DNA of 64,000 bases from a virus: positions 9,775 to 73,774 of IMG/VR virus record IMGVR_UViG_3300028840_000888. One strand, given 5' to 3'. Every line of letters begins with the position of its first letter. Positions within the stretch are counted from its first letter, which is position 1. The position numbers were made by a program, and so were the translations under genes. The notes beneath the pieces were generated by a model. The model had not been told where the DNA came from and made no database searches. It saw only the letters and a program-made list of their open reading frames with translations. This document shows, piece after piece, positions 47,877-57,069 of the stretch.

Positions 47877-48956
47877 CTAAAACAATAACGGCTGTACTGG
47901 CTTAACTTCTTCCGTATCACCGTCAGCCTCAATTATCGCGGATACCCCGGCGCTGGCGATGCGTTCGGCGGCCACGTCTACCCAATGGCGGTCGATGTCG
48001 CAGCCCACGAAGCGGCGACCGAGCTTGACGGCGGCGACGCCGGTGGAACCGGAGCCGAGGAAGGGGTCGAGGATAAGGTCACCGGGTCGGCTGCTGGTTT
48101 TAATGACGTGTTCTAAGAGCGCGGCGGGTTTTTCGCAAGGGTGTTTGCCCTTGTACGTCTGCACCGTCGGGAATGTCCACACGTCGGTGTACTGGTCTTG
48201 AGCGGTGACTTGGAATGGGCGGCGGAGGTCGTCGTATTCGCGGCGGAGGTAGTCGCCGCCGTGTTGGTTGAGTAATTCGCGTAACTTGGTGTAATGCTCT
48301 TTGGTTGGCAATAGCCATTGAGACACTGAAAAATAGTGTCTTGACGCCATCCCGCCGGAAGTTGGGCTAAATCCGCACGCCACATTAGCCGCGATTTTAC
48401 CCGTAGTGCTGAGCATCCCGGCGCGTTTAAATTCATCTACGATGTAAGTTCTTAGTGGCTCAAACACAAACCCGCGCAACTTATCACACTCGCGCTGGTA
48501 TCCGCTTTCACTTTTCGCGCTGCTGTCCGCGCCGTAATGCTCCGCAAAGATGATGCGCTCGGTTTGCGGAAAGTATGCCCGCAACATCTCTTGTTGTACC
48601 TTCTTGTGCCATCCCGCATCTTTTATCCACACCACCGAATTTAGCACATTAAACCTCTCCCCCACCAAAACTTCCACCCGCGCCGCCTTCGTCGGGTAAG
48701 CGCACACATACAGCGAGCCATTGGAAGCAAGCACGCGGGCGATCCCCTCCAACACCGTATCCAGCCAAGCTAGAAAGGCGTCATCGGTCGGCCATTTGTC
48801 CCACGTCGCCTTATTGATGTTATAGGGCGGGTCAAGGAAGGCCAGCGCCACACTCCCAGCCTCCATCCTCCGTATAAAATCCAGACAATCTGCATGGGCG
48901 ATGTTTACCGACCCACCTTGCACCTTTCCTGTTTTCATGGTATCATGTATGCACAT
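47877..48956 (-). CDS. N4/N6 DNA methyltransferase (beta class)
   Basis: DPPY, HPCEKP, LDPFLGSGST. Confidence 0.9.
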   Translation of the reverse strand: MCIHDTMKTGKVQGGSVNIAHADCLDFIRRMEAGSVALAFLDPPYNINKATWDKWPTDDAFLAWLDTVLEGIARVLASNGSLYVCAYPTKAARVEVLVGERFNVLNSVVWIKDAGWHKKVQQEMLRAYFPQTERIIFAEHYGADSSAKSESGYQRECDKLRGFVFEPLRTYIVDEFKRAGMLSTTGKIAANVACGFSPTSGGMASRHYFSVSQWLLPTKEHYTKLRELLNQHGGDYLRREYDDLRRPFQVTAQDQYTDVWTFPTVQTYKGKHPCEKPAALLEHVIKTSSRPGDLILDPFLGSGSTGVAAVKLGRRFVGCDIDRHWVDVAAERIASAGVSAIIEADGDTEEVKPVQPLLF

Positions 48957-49016
48957 TGACTTTCTCCTTGTCGTAGCGGCTCCCGGTAACTTGCGCCGGG
49001 GGCCGCTTGGTGTTTC

Positions 49017-49289
49017 TTAGAACCAGTCCGCGCTCAGCGAATTTATAAGACCGCCAAGCCCGCATATAGGCCATGATGATTTGTCACGCCTATCAATGGT
49101 ATAGCGCGGGCGGCGATAGTTAGAATGGCCACTGTGTGTGTATACCGCTATGTAAGAGTATCCACACCGCCAATCTAAATAATGCGCCCGTAATATTGCT
49201 GCGTCACGAGTGGCATGATAGCTTTCCACGCTCATAAACGGGTCACGCGCGTCAATCTCCATGCTCACAGCCACTAGCCATTTGCTCAC
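49017..49289 (-). CDS. Hypothetical protein
   Basis: GTGA coupling. Confidence 0.55.
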   Translation of the reverse strand: MSKWLVAVSMEIDARDPFMSVESYHATRDAAILRAHYLDWRCGYSYIAVYTHSGHSNYRRPRYTIDRRDKSSWPICGLGGLINSLSADWF

Positions 49290-49564
49290 AGCAGCGCCTC
49301 AACCAGCGCCATGATCTCATCAAAGTGCGCCGTAAAAATGCTGTGCCACTCCTCGCGTGATAGCGCCTGTAGAAAGTGCGGACCTTCTACATCCAGGTAC
49401 TCAACATCTTTCCCGGACACGCGCACCCTATTGTACTCAATGCGATCATCGGCGCCGGTTATGCCGACATTGGCGACTATGCTGTCACCCTCACGCCAGC
49501 ATGATTGTATGACGACGATGCGTTTGGGTATGCTGATTTGATTTTTAGGGCCGGTCTTTTGCAT
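49286..49564 (-). CDS. Hypothetical protein, first gene of leftward operon
   Basis: GGAG RBS downstream of promoter. Confidence 0.6.
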   Translation of the reverse strand: MQKTGPKNQISIPKRIVVIQSCWREGDSIVANVGITGADDRIEYNRVRVSGKDVEYLDVEGPHFLQALSREEWHSIFTAHFDEIMALVEALL

Positions 49565-49582
49565 TGCCTTTCTCCCTCACTC

Positions 49583-49677
49583 AATATGATTCTATTATAT
49601 CACACTATTGGAATAGTTGCAAGTCGCACGCCTAGACTTGCGCCTTTCTCAATAATGGTGTATAATAGAATCATATT
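49583..49677. promoter_or_regulatory. Divergent promoter pair with 17-bp perfect inverted repeats
   Basis: Minus TTGCAA-N17-TATAAT (49622-49594); plus TTGCGC-N17-TATAAT (49638-49666). Confidence 0.82.
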
Positions 49678-49695
49678 AATTGAATGGAGGAAAAT

Positions 49696-50109
49696 ATGAA
49701 CGAGAACACTGTACAAGAGGAGCATATCCTCAAGACGGCCCTGATGAACCACCACAAGCAGATCGCCGCGCTAGTCAACTCCGGCGTTACCGTCATTGCG
49801 CATGATGGTCGTACCGGCCCACGTAAGCCCGGCTCGCTGGCTTATGCCCAAAATGATATGCCGTGGGTTATCCGGCTGCTTGCCGATGATGAGGAAGTGC
49901 CCGACTACGCCCGGCATTTCGTCAAGACGGATCTCATGGTCAATCGCAATGAGGTCAGCGTATACGTCAACACCACCATCCCGGCGGTGATTCATGACGG
50001 TGTGCCGGGGCGCCGGGCCAATGGGTTCGAGGGCGTGCGGTATGCAGAGAATGACGTGCGCTGGTGGGTGGAGCTTGACATGTCGCGGCGGGAGTTGCCG
50101 GATGGGTGA
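49696..50109 (+). CDS. Hypothetical protein
   Basis: GGAGG RBS after promoter. Confidence 0.65.
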   Translation: MNENTVQEEHILKTALMNHHKQIAALVNSGVTVIAHDGRTGPRKPGSLAYAQNDMPWVIRLLADDEEVPDYARHFVKTDLMVNRNEVSVYVNTTIPAVIHDGVPGRRANGFEGVRYAENDVRWWVELDMSRRELPDG

Positions 50110-50208
50110 GGTCGTCAAGGTTAATTTCTGCGGGCGATGCAAGGCCGCTGGGCCGCGTGGTCGTGACGGCATTGCCAAATGGAATGACATGCCACGACGG
50201 GAGGGGAC

Positions 50209-50928
50209 ATGAAACACATAAAAGACGCCATAGTCAATAACTCACTTTGGCTTATCGGCCTCGGTCTAATGCTCGCATCCTCCGGTATCGACGGGGCCTA
50301 CATGTCTCAGTGGATGCCGCCGGGATGGGAATGGTTGGGCCTAGTGCTCAACACAATGGCTGACATTGGGGGCATGGTGTTGATGTACTGGTTCGGGCGA
50401 TTGCGGCAGGATCGCAGCAAGGCAAAGCGCCAGTTAGCCTATGCGCTACTGGCTTCTGAAATCGTCAGCGTGGTATACTCGTGGGGATTCTCTTACCTGC
50501 AACTGCGCCGCGTTTTGGTTGCAGTCGAAGGCGACGAAGCCGAGGTGGTCGCGTTCTTTGCCGCCGGGTTTATCCCGCTGCTGTTGGCGTTTGTCGGATA
50601 TGCGCAGGCGCTCTTGGAAGGGCGCATTGTGACGCCGAAAGCGTCGCAGCAAACCGCACAGACTGCGCAGCAAGTGCCGCAGAATGTGCCGACAAGTGCC
50701 GCCACTGATGTGGTAGTGACGCTTAGTGACGCGGCAGTGACGCTGAAAAAACCGCAATTTGACGCATGGATCGCATCACTAAATGGCGAGCGCGATACAC
50801 TGACGCGGAAAGACGTGCTGGATTGGGCCGAGTCACGCGGGCTTGACGTGAGTACAGCGACGGGCAAAGCGGCGCGCGACAAGGTGCTGCGCTGGTGTCG
50901 CGGCGCTGGCGTGGAGGTGTTGCAATGA
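50209..50928 (+). CDS. Multi-TM membrane protein with C-terminal soluble domain (Spd/DUF2637-like architecture)
   Basis: Four hydrophobic segments, Q/T/A linker, helical C-terminus. Confidence 0.55.
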   Translation: MKHIKDAIVNNSLWLIGLGLMLASSGIDGAYMSQWMPPGWEWLGLVLNTMADIGGMVLMYWFGRLRQDRSKAKRQLAYALLASEIVSVVYSWGFSYLQLRRVLVAVEGDEAEVVAFFAAGFIPLLLAFVGYAQALLEGRIVTPKASQQTAQTAQQVPQNVPTSAATDVVVTLSDAAVTLKKPQFDAWIASLNGERDTLTRKDVLDWAESRGLDVSTATGKAARDKVLRWCRGAGVEVLQ

Positions 50929-51128
50929 ACGAGCATGACACGCTGGTAAGCGCCATACAAAACGCAATCGAGCCGTACCGTCGCCAGCGTCGCCACCTGA
51001 CCGGCTGGTTTGTCGAAGCTGTACTGAATACCATCTATGAGCAATACGAGCTCATAGAGGATTATACCGGAGAGAACCCAGTCGAGCGCATCACAGATAC
51101 CGGGCAGATGGTCGAGGTACGGCAGTGA
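50925..51128 (+). CDS. Hypothetical protein
   Basis: GGAGG RBS, ATGA coupling. Confidence 0.55.
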   Translation: MNEHDTLVSAIQNAIEPYRRQRRHLTGWFVEAVLNTIYEQYELIEDYTGENPVERITDTGQMVEVRQ

Positions 51129-51418
51129 AACTCCTGCAGCTCGTCCTCAAAAAGCGCTGGTTTGAGCTCATAGCCAGCGGACGGAAAAGCGTCGAGTATC
51201 GCCAGGCAACCGACTACTGGAAGGCGCGTCTTCACAACCGCGAGTTTGATGCCGTGCGCTTTCGCAACGGCTACGCCAAAGATGCGCCGGAAGTGACGCG
51301 GCGCTGGTTGGGGTGTGAATTGTACCTTTTCGATAATGCTGTAGGAGCCAATGGTGAGGAGTTGGATGGGTGGTACTACGTAATCAGCTTGGGTGCGGTG
51401 GTTGAGGTATTGCAATGA
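51125..51418 (+). CDS. ASCH domain protein
   Basis: WF..I.SG.K..EYR....YW..RL, F.NGY. Confidence 0.8.
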   Translation: MKLLQLVLKKRWFELIASGRKSVEYRQATDYWKARLHNREFDAVRFRNGYAKDAPEVTRRWLGCELYLFDNAVGANGEELDGWYYVISLGAVVEVLQ

Positions 51419-51909
51419 AACTCCTGCCGCGCATACTAAGGGCATTGCAGGAGCCTGGGGATGATCAGGGTATAGAGATACCGGATCAGGCCACGCTAAA
51501 GCTGCGTCGTGAGATACGCGAAATGAACGAGCGGTTTAAGTCTCCTCCTGGTGCGGATATAATGGCGGCCCTTGATGAAATGGTACGGCGCGCGTTCAAT
51601 CAAGAGTCTATGCATGACTGGCTTTTGAGTCGGGTATCGCTAAAAGCTCCACGAGGAACTGGTGCGGCCGATGATATGTATAGGATTCCGCTGCGGATGA
51701 TGTGGCGCGCCGATGCTCCCAGTCTAGGCGACTACACCACTCCCGATATGTTGGCACAAAGCTACACCCTGAGAAATTCTTTAGCATGGCTTGACCGTGT
51801 GCAATTCCGTACCAAGCAGCAATACGACATCTACGGCATTGAGGTCGAGGAGTGCAGCGCGGAGGAAGTAGCAGCAATGCTTGAAGACAGGCACACTATC
51901 GAATTATGA
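51415..51909 (+). CDS. Hypothetical protein
   Basis: Coupled ORF. Confidence 0.55.
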   Translation: MKLLPRILRALQEPGDDQGIEIPDQATLKLRREIREMNERFKSPPGADIMAALDEMVRRAFNQESMHDWLLSRVSLKAPRGTGAADDMYRIPLRMMWRADAPSLGDYTTPDMLAQSYTLRNSLAWLDRVQFRTKQQYDIYGIEVEECSAEEVAAMLEDRHTIEL

Positions 51910-51919
51910 AGGCAAAACA

Positions 51920-53191
51920 ATGAACAATAAGCGCAAGGCGTTAGTATCACAATTACGGCGAAGCCTCGGTCATGCTGTGGGCGGGTTCCCGTCACTCAAG
52001 CGGGCCCGCAACGTACATCTGCGGATGCCGGAAACGCTAGGACATCGCGCCGGTATCCTGCGGGTAAGTGCCGGGATGCATACGGGTCTGATCCGTAAAG
52101 ACCTCGAAGCCGATGGGCGCGCCCGGCTGCGGCAACTTTTCCCGACAGAATGGCTTGGGCAAGGCGAGCCATCAATCTATTGGGAAGGCGCGGAGCTATG
52201 TATTGAAGCGCCCTGGCCGGAAGGGCTACGTACCGAGGCGATCATGCTCTCACAGATGTCCGAGCAGCCGCACACGCCCGGCAGTTTCACCCTGGGCCAG
52301 AATGATCGCAATGTAACGGTGACGCCGCGCTTTGATACCTACACCAGCGCGCACATGCTCCTTGCGGGTGCGCCGGGTGGCGGTAAGACGACCACTGCCA
52401 CCTCTATTGCCGTGCAATTGGCGCGCAATGATCCACGGGCGCAATTCGTCATCGCCAATGACAAGAACGACCTTGAGCACCTGGATACCCTGCATGGCCT
52501 GCTTGGGCCGCTGGCAGGCACTTACGGCGAAGTCCTGACCGCCCTCGCCTTCGTAGATGCTGAGCGCGGGCGCCGGGAGCAGGCCGGCGGAAAGCACGCG
52601 CCGCTGTACTTCCTGTGGGATGAACCGCAGATCGTCTTGATGGAAGACAAGCAAGCGCCCAAGACATTGTTCTACCTCATGAGTCGGGCGCGATCGGCTA
52701 ACATCCATGTCATTCTTGCTACGCAAAGCCCGAAGCAGAGCCTTTTCGGGGTGAACATGACGCGCGGGCAATTCGGCACGCGCATCTGTCATCTTGTTGC
52801 CAATGCGCAGGAATCAAAGGCGGCCCTGGATGTGACCGAGCCACGCGCCGACTACCTGACCGAAAAGGGCGATGCAATTGCCAGCTTCCCGCCCTACTTC
52901 CACAGGGTATTGGTGGCGCTTCCTGATCAAGACATCATTGAAAGCGTCCTGGGCCATGATCCTGCAATGTCACACTGGCCCGTGTCACTCGATGATCTTC
53001 CAAGTAGGCCAGGGTGGACGCCGGAGCAGGTGGCCGTGGGCATAATGGCCCGGCGGCGTGGATGGAACCGCCGCGAGTGTCGTGAGGAGCTAGGTCGGCT
53101 TGGCGGATCCGTGAGCAATGCCGACTACTCTGAGATGCGCGCCTTTGGGCAGCGTGTCGATGAGATTATAGAGGATGTTGGCAATGCCTGA
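51920..53191 (+). CDS. FtsK/SpoIIIE-family ATPase
   Basis: H.LLAGAPGGGKT, R..R, FLWDE, ARSANIHVILATQSP, RI, L..KGD. Confidence 0.85.
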   Translation: MNNKRKALVSQLRRSLGHAVGGFPSLKRARNVHLRMPETLGHRAGILRVSAGMHTGLIRKDLEADGRARLRQLFPTEWLGQGEPSIYWEGAELCIEAPWPEGLRTEAIMLSQMSEQPHTPGSFTLGQNDRNVTVTPRFDTYTSAHMLLAGAPGGGKTTTATSIAVQLARNDPRAQFVIANDKNDLEHLDTLHGLLGPLAGTYGEVLTALAFVDAERGRREQAGGKHAPLYFLWDEPQIVLMEDKQAPKTLFYLMSRARSANIHVILATQSPKQSLFGVNMTRGQFGTRICHLVANAQESKAALDVTEPRADYLTEKGDAIASFPPYFHRVLVALPDQDIIESVLGHDPAMSHWPVSLDDLPSRPGWTPEQVAVGIMARRRGWNRRECREELGRLGGSVSNADYSEMRAFGQRVDEIIEDVGNA

Positions 53192-53374
53192 TATACCATG
53201 CTACTCATTCATTGATGGAGATTGGCAGCGAATAGAGCTTGACAGTGACGGTATGTCAGGAGAATGGAGTCTAGCTGAGATTGAGCAGCCGATGATCATG
53301 CAAGCTATCTTCATAACGCCAACTGACCGTATTGTCATTGAAACGAAATCACATGAAATCATAGAGGAGATGTC

Positions 53375-53608
53375 ATGAAAGAGTGGAATGACGAAAACAA
53401 GGAAAAGCTAATTACATATTGCGTAATGGCATGGTACGCCATGACGCAACACATTGACGAGAAGATCATGACCGAGTTCACGAAAAACGTGGGCATGGGG
53501 CAGTATACCACGTACCGCCTATTCAGTTGGATGGCGGAAAACTACCCGCAGCAATTGTATGATGCGTACCTAAGCTACCTGCATGATGTTGAGTGCGGTG
53601 AGCTATAG
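53375..53608 (+). CDS. Hypothetical protein
   Basis: GAGGAG RBS. Confidence 0.6.
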   Translation: MKEWNDENKEKLITYCVMAWYAMTQHIDEKIMTEFTKNVGMGQYTTYRLFSWMAENYPQQLYDAYLSYLHDVECGEL

Positions 53609-53610
53609 CG

Positions 53611-53696
53611 CCCGTCCGTCCCGTCCGTCCGCGCAAAACAACGCCCAATTTTCGCCCGGACAAGGCCAAAACGGACGTATTGACCAACGGACGGAC
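53611..53696. repeat. CCGT/ACGG direct and inverted short repeats
   Basis: CCCGTCCGT x2 (53611, 53620); ACGGACG 53671; ACGGACGGAC 53687. Confidence 0.55.
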
Positions 53697-53726
53697 TAAC
53701 AAATTACCAAGTAAAGGAGAAAGACA

Positions 53727-53948
53727 ATGAGTAAAGTAAAGTTTCAAGACAACTCAAAAGCGGGTACATGCCCGGAGTGCGATGGTGACATGCTAGTCAA
53801 GACGAACCGCCACACCGGGCACCAGTTCTTAGGATGCGCTAATTATCCAGAGTGCCGGCATACTGACCAGATACCGGAGGCCATGAAGCTGCGCGCATTG
53901 GGCGCCGCTACGCTATTTGAGATTGATGAGGAGGAAGGCCATGAATAA
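53727..53948 (+). CDS. Topoisomerase IA C4 zinc-finger domain protein
   Basis: CPEC...M........G..FLGC.NYPEC. Confidence 0.82.
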   Translation: MSKVKFQDNSKAGTCPECDGDMLVKTNRHTGHQFLGCANYPECRHTDQIPEAMKLRALGAATLFEIDEEEGHE

Positions 53949-54477
53949 TATCTTTGGAATGGGCGCCGGTCCGTACCAGAAGCAGACCGGCGCGAGTGAG
54001 AAATGGCAAGCCGTCGAGCATACCCTTATTGCCATTTGTATTGAGGGGGCCATGATCATCGTGATACTGGCATGGGCCTTACTCATAGGGCGCGCCGTTG
54101 GGACGATGATTCTGGTGGCGTGCGTGGCATTGGCGCGGTTCGGCCCGCGCAGCAATGAGTGGCTTTTCATCACCGCCGTATTCACATTGACCGGCGCGCT
54201 ATTCAGTTATGAAGCCGTGTTCGGCGTATGGCCGGAGTTCACTGTCACATGGCTGTACTGGCCCTGGGCGCAGATGGTGCTAATTTTCTTCCTGCCCATG
54301 ACGCTACTGCCCCTGGCTGCTCAGCTAAGTCGCCAGTTGGGCGAATCGCTTTTCCCGAACCTGCTAAACAGTGTGAAGGCGCAACCTGGACAACTAAAGC
54401 CCGGCGTTGTGCCGGGTATCAAATATAAGGACGCGGACGCCGATGCGAAAGGGCCGTCCGTAACGTGGAGTACATAA
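53941..54477 (+). CDS. Multi-TM membrane protein
   Basis: Several hydrophobic segments; GGAGG RBS. Confidence 0.6.
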   Translation: MNNIFGMGAGPYQKQTGASEKWQAVEHTLIAICIEGAMIIVILAWALLIGRAVGTMILVACVALARFGPRSNEWLFITAVFTLTGALFSYEAVFGVWPEFTVTWLYWPWAQMVLIFFLPMTLLPLAAQLSRQLGESLFPNLLNSVKAQPGQLKPGVVPGIKYKDADADAKGPSVTWST

Positions 54478-54638
54478 TGGATACCTTTGTGAGGCTTTCA
54501 ATTGCGTTTTTGCTATCTGTGGTCTGCGTGGTAGCACTCGGCATGATGGTAATAGTCGGAGATCCGGCGGTCATGGCGGTCATGCTCATCGTGGTGCTGA
54601 CGTGCATCTTCGGTGCGCTTGGCGTGCTACGCGAGTAA
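54477..54638 (+). CDS. 53-aa two-TM protein not in ORF track
   Basis: TAATG coupling; MDTFVRLSIAFLLSVVCVVALGMMVIVGDPAVMAVMLIVVLTCIFGALGVLRE. Confidence 0.55.
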   Translation: MDTFVRLSIAFLLSVVCVVALGMMVIVGDPAVMAVMLIVVLTCIFGALGVLRE

Positions 54639-54693
54639 TATGTCCGCAAGGTTGTGTCTAAATTTAGACACAACGCAAACCTTGCGGTCATTT
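54622..54693. repeat. 72-bp direct repeat copy 1 with 22-bp palindrome
   Basis: 3 mismatches vs 55803-55874; TTGTGTCTAAATTTAGACACAA at 54652-54673. Confidence 0.9.
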
Positions 54694-54737
54694 CGGGACG
54701 AACTTCAAAATTCGTCCCGTTTTGGTCAATTTGCCTA

Positions 54738-54766
54738 TTGACAATAGTATAATTATCTGCTATAAT
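54738..54766 (+). promoter_or_regulatory. Consensus sigma70 promoter
   Basis: TTGACA-N17-TATAAT with TGn. Confidence 0.85.
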
Positions 54767-54821
54767 AGTAATTAGATGGGAGGGACAAACCCACCCCAAA
54801 AAGCGAGAAGGAGATAGGGAG

Positions 54822-55061
54822 ATGGCTAAATATATCAGCGCATGGAAGATGGACACAGGCAATGTGACAGACATGTTGGAGTCGGCCATTGAGACCGGCG
54901 AGATCAAAACCACCGACACCATTTGGACAGGCCCATCCGGTGATTGTGTCATCGCCGCCGACCCCATCGACATTGATGGATATGATGAATACCAGTTCTC
55001 GGACTACTCTGACACCGGCACAGTTGCCGAGTGGATTGAACAGGGCGAACAGGGTGAATAG
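54822..55061 (+). CDS. Acidic hypothetical protein
   Basis: RBS after promoter. Confidence 0.6.
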   Translation: MAKYISAWKMDTGNVTDMLESAIETGEIKTTDTIWTGPSGDCVIAADPIDIDGYDEYQFSDYSDTGTVAEWIEQGEQGE

Positions 55062-55278
55062 TGGATTAGGTGAGAAGCTGCGCGCTCTCCGCAAGGCGCG
55101 CAGCCTATCGGTGGAGCACGATGTTGCCCCAGGGTCGGGGATATCCACAAACTACATCTACATGCTAGAGCGCGGGGATAGCTCCCCGACAGCAGACAAG
55201 ATCGCAAAACTGGCCCGTTATTACGGGATCACGATCAAATGCAGAAGGGGCCAGTGGTTTATATCTGTAGAGTTGTGA
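55054..55278 (+). CDS. XRE-family HTH regulator
   Basis: LGEKLRALRKARSLS...VA..SGIS..YI..LERG...P. Confidence 0.82.
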   Translation: MNSGLGEKLRALRKARSLSVEHDVAPGSGISTNYIYMLERGDSSPTADKIAKLARYYGITIKCRRGQWFISVEL

Positions 55279-55348
55279 TGCCGGGGATTGGCCACGGCCC
55301 TTCTCAGAGGTTCTGAGTAGGGAAATTAAAGAACAAAAGGAGAATGTC

Positions 55349-55675
55349 ATGAACGCAATAATTGCCAGAAAAACGCGCTTTGACGGATCGCCCGTCACGG
55401 GTGAGTTCATCAATACCTACGTCGTACCGGACGGGTGCAGTATAGTGAGCCGCATCAGCGGGTACATAATCCCCGCCGGGGTGCGTCAGGTTTCTTGGAA
55501 AGATATAGATGGCGTGCTTGAGAAGTGGCACGAGCCATGTGAGGGGATGAATTATGCGAAGAAGTCCGGGCGGGTCAATGTTCCGCCGGGATGCCATCTT
55601 GAAGTTACAAAGGCGGGGAGCTTCGAGCCCTCCGCTTCGGCAATATTGATCAATTTATCAAGGGTGAGAAGTTAG
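55349..55675 (+). CDS. Hypothetical protein
   Basis: AAGGAG RBS. Confidence 0.6.
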   Translation: MNAIIARKTRFDGSPVTGEFINTYVVPDGCSIVSRISGYIIPAGVRQVSWKDIDGVLEKWHEPCEGMNYAKKSGRVNVPPGCHLEVTKAGSFEPSASAILINLSRVRS

Positions 55676-55802
55676 CTAGTAATTCAGCGGTGGGGCGCGC
55701 ATACCATATCACGCGCAAGGAGAAAACTATGAAACTGCAAGAAAAAATAGACAAACACGGACGCCCGTATTTTGAGCGCATTATCCGCGACGTGGTGAGC
55801 AA

Positions 55803-55874
55803 GCGTGCTACACGAGTAATATGTCCGCAAGGTTGTGTCTAAATTTAGACACACCGCAAACCATGCGGTCATTT
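55803..55874. repeat. 72-bp direct repeat copy 2
   Basis: See copy 1. Confidence 0.9.
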
Positions 55875-55919
55875 TGATACCAATTTCGGAAATTGATCGC
55901 TTTTTAGTCAAATTGTGTC

Positions 55920-55948
55920 TTGGCAAATGCTTAATTATATGATATAAT
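55920..55948 (+). promoter_or_regulatory. sigma70-like promoter
   Basis: TTGGCA-N17-TATAAT with TGn. Confidence 0.72.
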
Positions 55949-55990
55949 ATAGATAGTTAAGGGCAAGCACATAAACAAGGAGAAACGCAG

Positions 55991-56395
55991 ATGAAGAAGA
56001 GCAAGCGACAAGTAATTGATTACATTCGGGAATACGCAGAGGGCGCGGAAGAAGCACAGGGCGAGTTGGTTTTTGATAATGTTAACTATGGCGTGGGCTT
56101 CAAGGTTTACGTTGACCAGGACAATACCATTTGGATGATGGAGTATACCGGAAGCAAGGTACAGGAGTGGGCATACAAATTCTATCGCCTTGATGATGAT
56201 TGTGATGATGGCTTTGGGAATGATAACGATAGCTTGGTCGAAATTCTTAAAGCCGAAGTTGCCAAAGTTGCCCCCAAATACGATTACCCGGAAGGGCGCG
56301 AGTTATCCTGTGGTCACGTGGTTTATTATGCCCACGAAGTTATGTCCGCTTCAATGGGTAGCTGTTGTGAAGCGTGCTATGATAGAATGAGCTAG
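55991..56395 (+). CDS. Hypothetical protein with C-terminal Cys/His cluster
   Basis: AAGGAG RBS; CGH...C..C. Confidence 0.65.
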   Translation: MKKSKRQVIDYIREYAEGAEEAQGELVFDNVNYGVGFKVYVDQDNTIWMMEYTGSKVQEWAYKFYRLDDDCDDGFGNDNDSLVEILKAEVAKVAPKYDYPEGRELSCGHVVYYAHEVMSASMGSCCEACYDRMS

Positions 56396-56484
56396 AGAGT
56401 AGGGCCGGAGCTTAACCGCTCCGGCCTTACACAGAGCTTCTAACCAGTTTAGAGGTTCTGAGTTTTGAAATAAAGGAGATAGCA

Positions 56485-56976
56485 ATGAACTTGAAAAAGC
56501 GTTTTTGTAGAGCAAAGGCCGAGGCAATTTTCAACAATGATAGTGTCATGAATGGGGCTGAGGTTGTGTTTGATCCGCACGACCTGTCCTTCAGCTATCA
56601 AAGCGAACTAACGCCATGTACCGGGAGTGAAGTCGTCGTCACTGAGGTTGTCGGAGATCCAGGAGAATGGCGCGTTGACGAAAAGCGCGATAGCGTTAAA
56701 GACGTTGCGCGGTGGTTCTATGAGGATGACAGCTACAGCGGCTGGCCAGAGACAAAGGAGGTCGTCATTGCGGCGCTAGTCGCTGAGTATGAGGAAGACT
56801 GCGACCACTCCTCCAAATTGTACGAGATGGCCGAGCGACGCGTAAGCGGCAGACGCAAACTTCGCAAGCACGCCGACTTTATCCTCGCGGATTTGTCGGA
56901 AGGTGATGAGCACCTAGCATGGGTGATTGCTTCGCCAGTTGCAGACATAATGCGATGGGTTGAGTCATGCGAGTAG
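56485..56976 (+). CDS. Acidic hypothetical protein
   Basis: AAGGAG RBS. Confidence 0.65.
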   Translation: MNLKKRFCRAKAEAIFNNDSVMNGAEVVFDPHDLSFSYQSELTPCTGSEVVVTEVVGDPGEWRVDEKRDSVKDVARWFYEDDSYSGWPETKEVVIAALVAEYEEDCDHSSKLYEMAERRVSGRRKLRKHADFILADLSEGDEHLAWVIASPVADIMRWVESCE

Positions 56977-57069
56977 CACACCAAGCCGGAGCCTAACCCG
57001 CTCCGGCCCCTACTCAGAGTTTCCGACGCGCTCGAAGATTCTGAGAAGGGCACTCCCCCTAGTACGGGT

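Noticed and set aside
46013-49007. Hairpins at 46013-46037 and 48975-49007 as a shared ncRNA family
   Set aside because: Similarity is limited to GC-rich stems and a short GTTACC; ordinary terminator or stability hairpins suffice
54652-54673. Palindrome as protelomerase target
   Set aside because: Occurs twice, is short, precedes promoters, and no protelomerase is visible
54622-57045. Repeats as a CRISPR or mini-array
   Set aside because: Repeats are separated by whole genes, not 30-40 nt spacers; no cas genes
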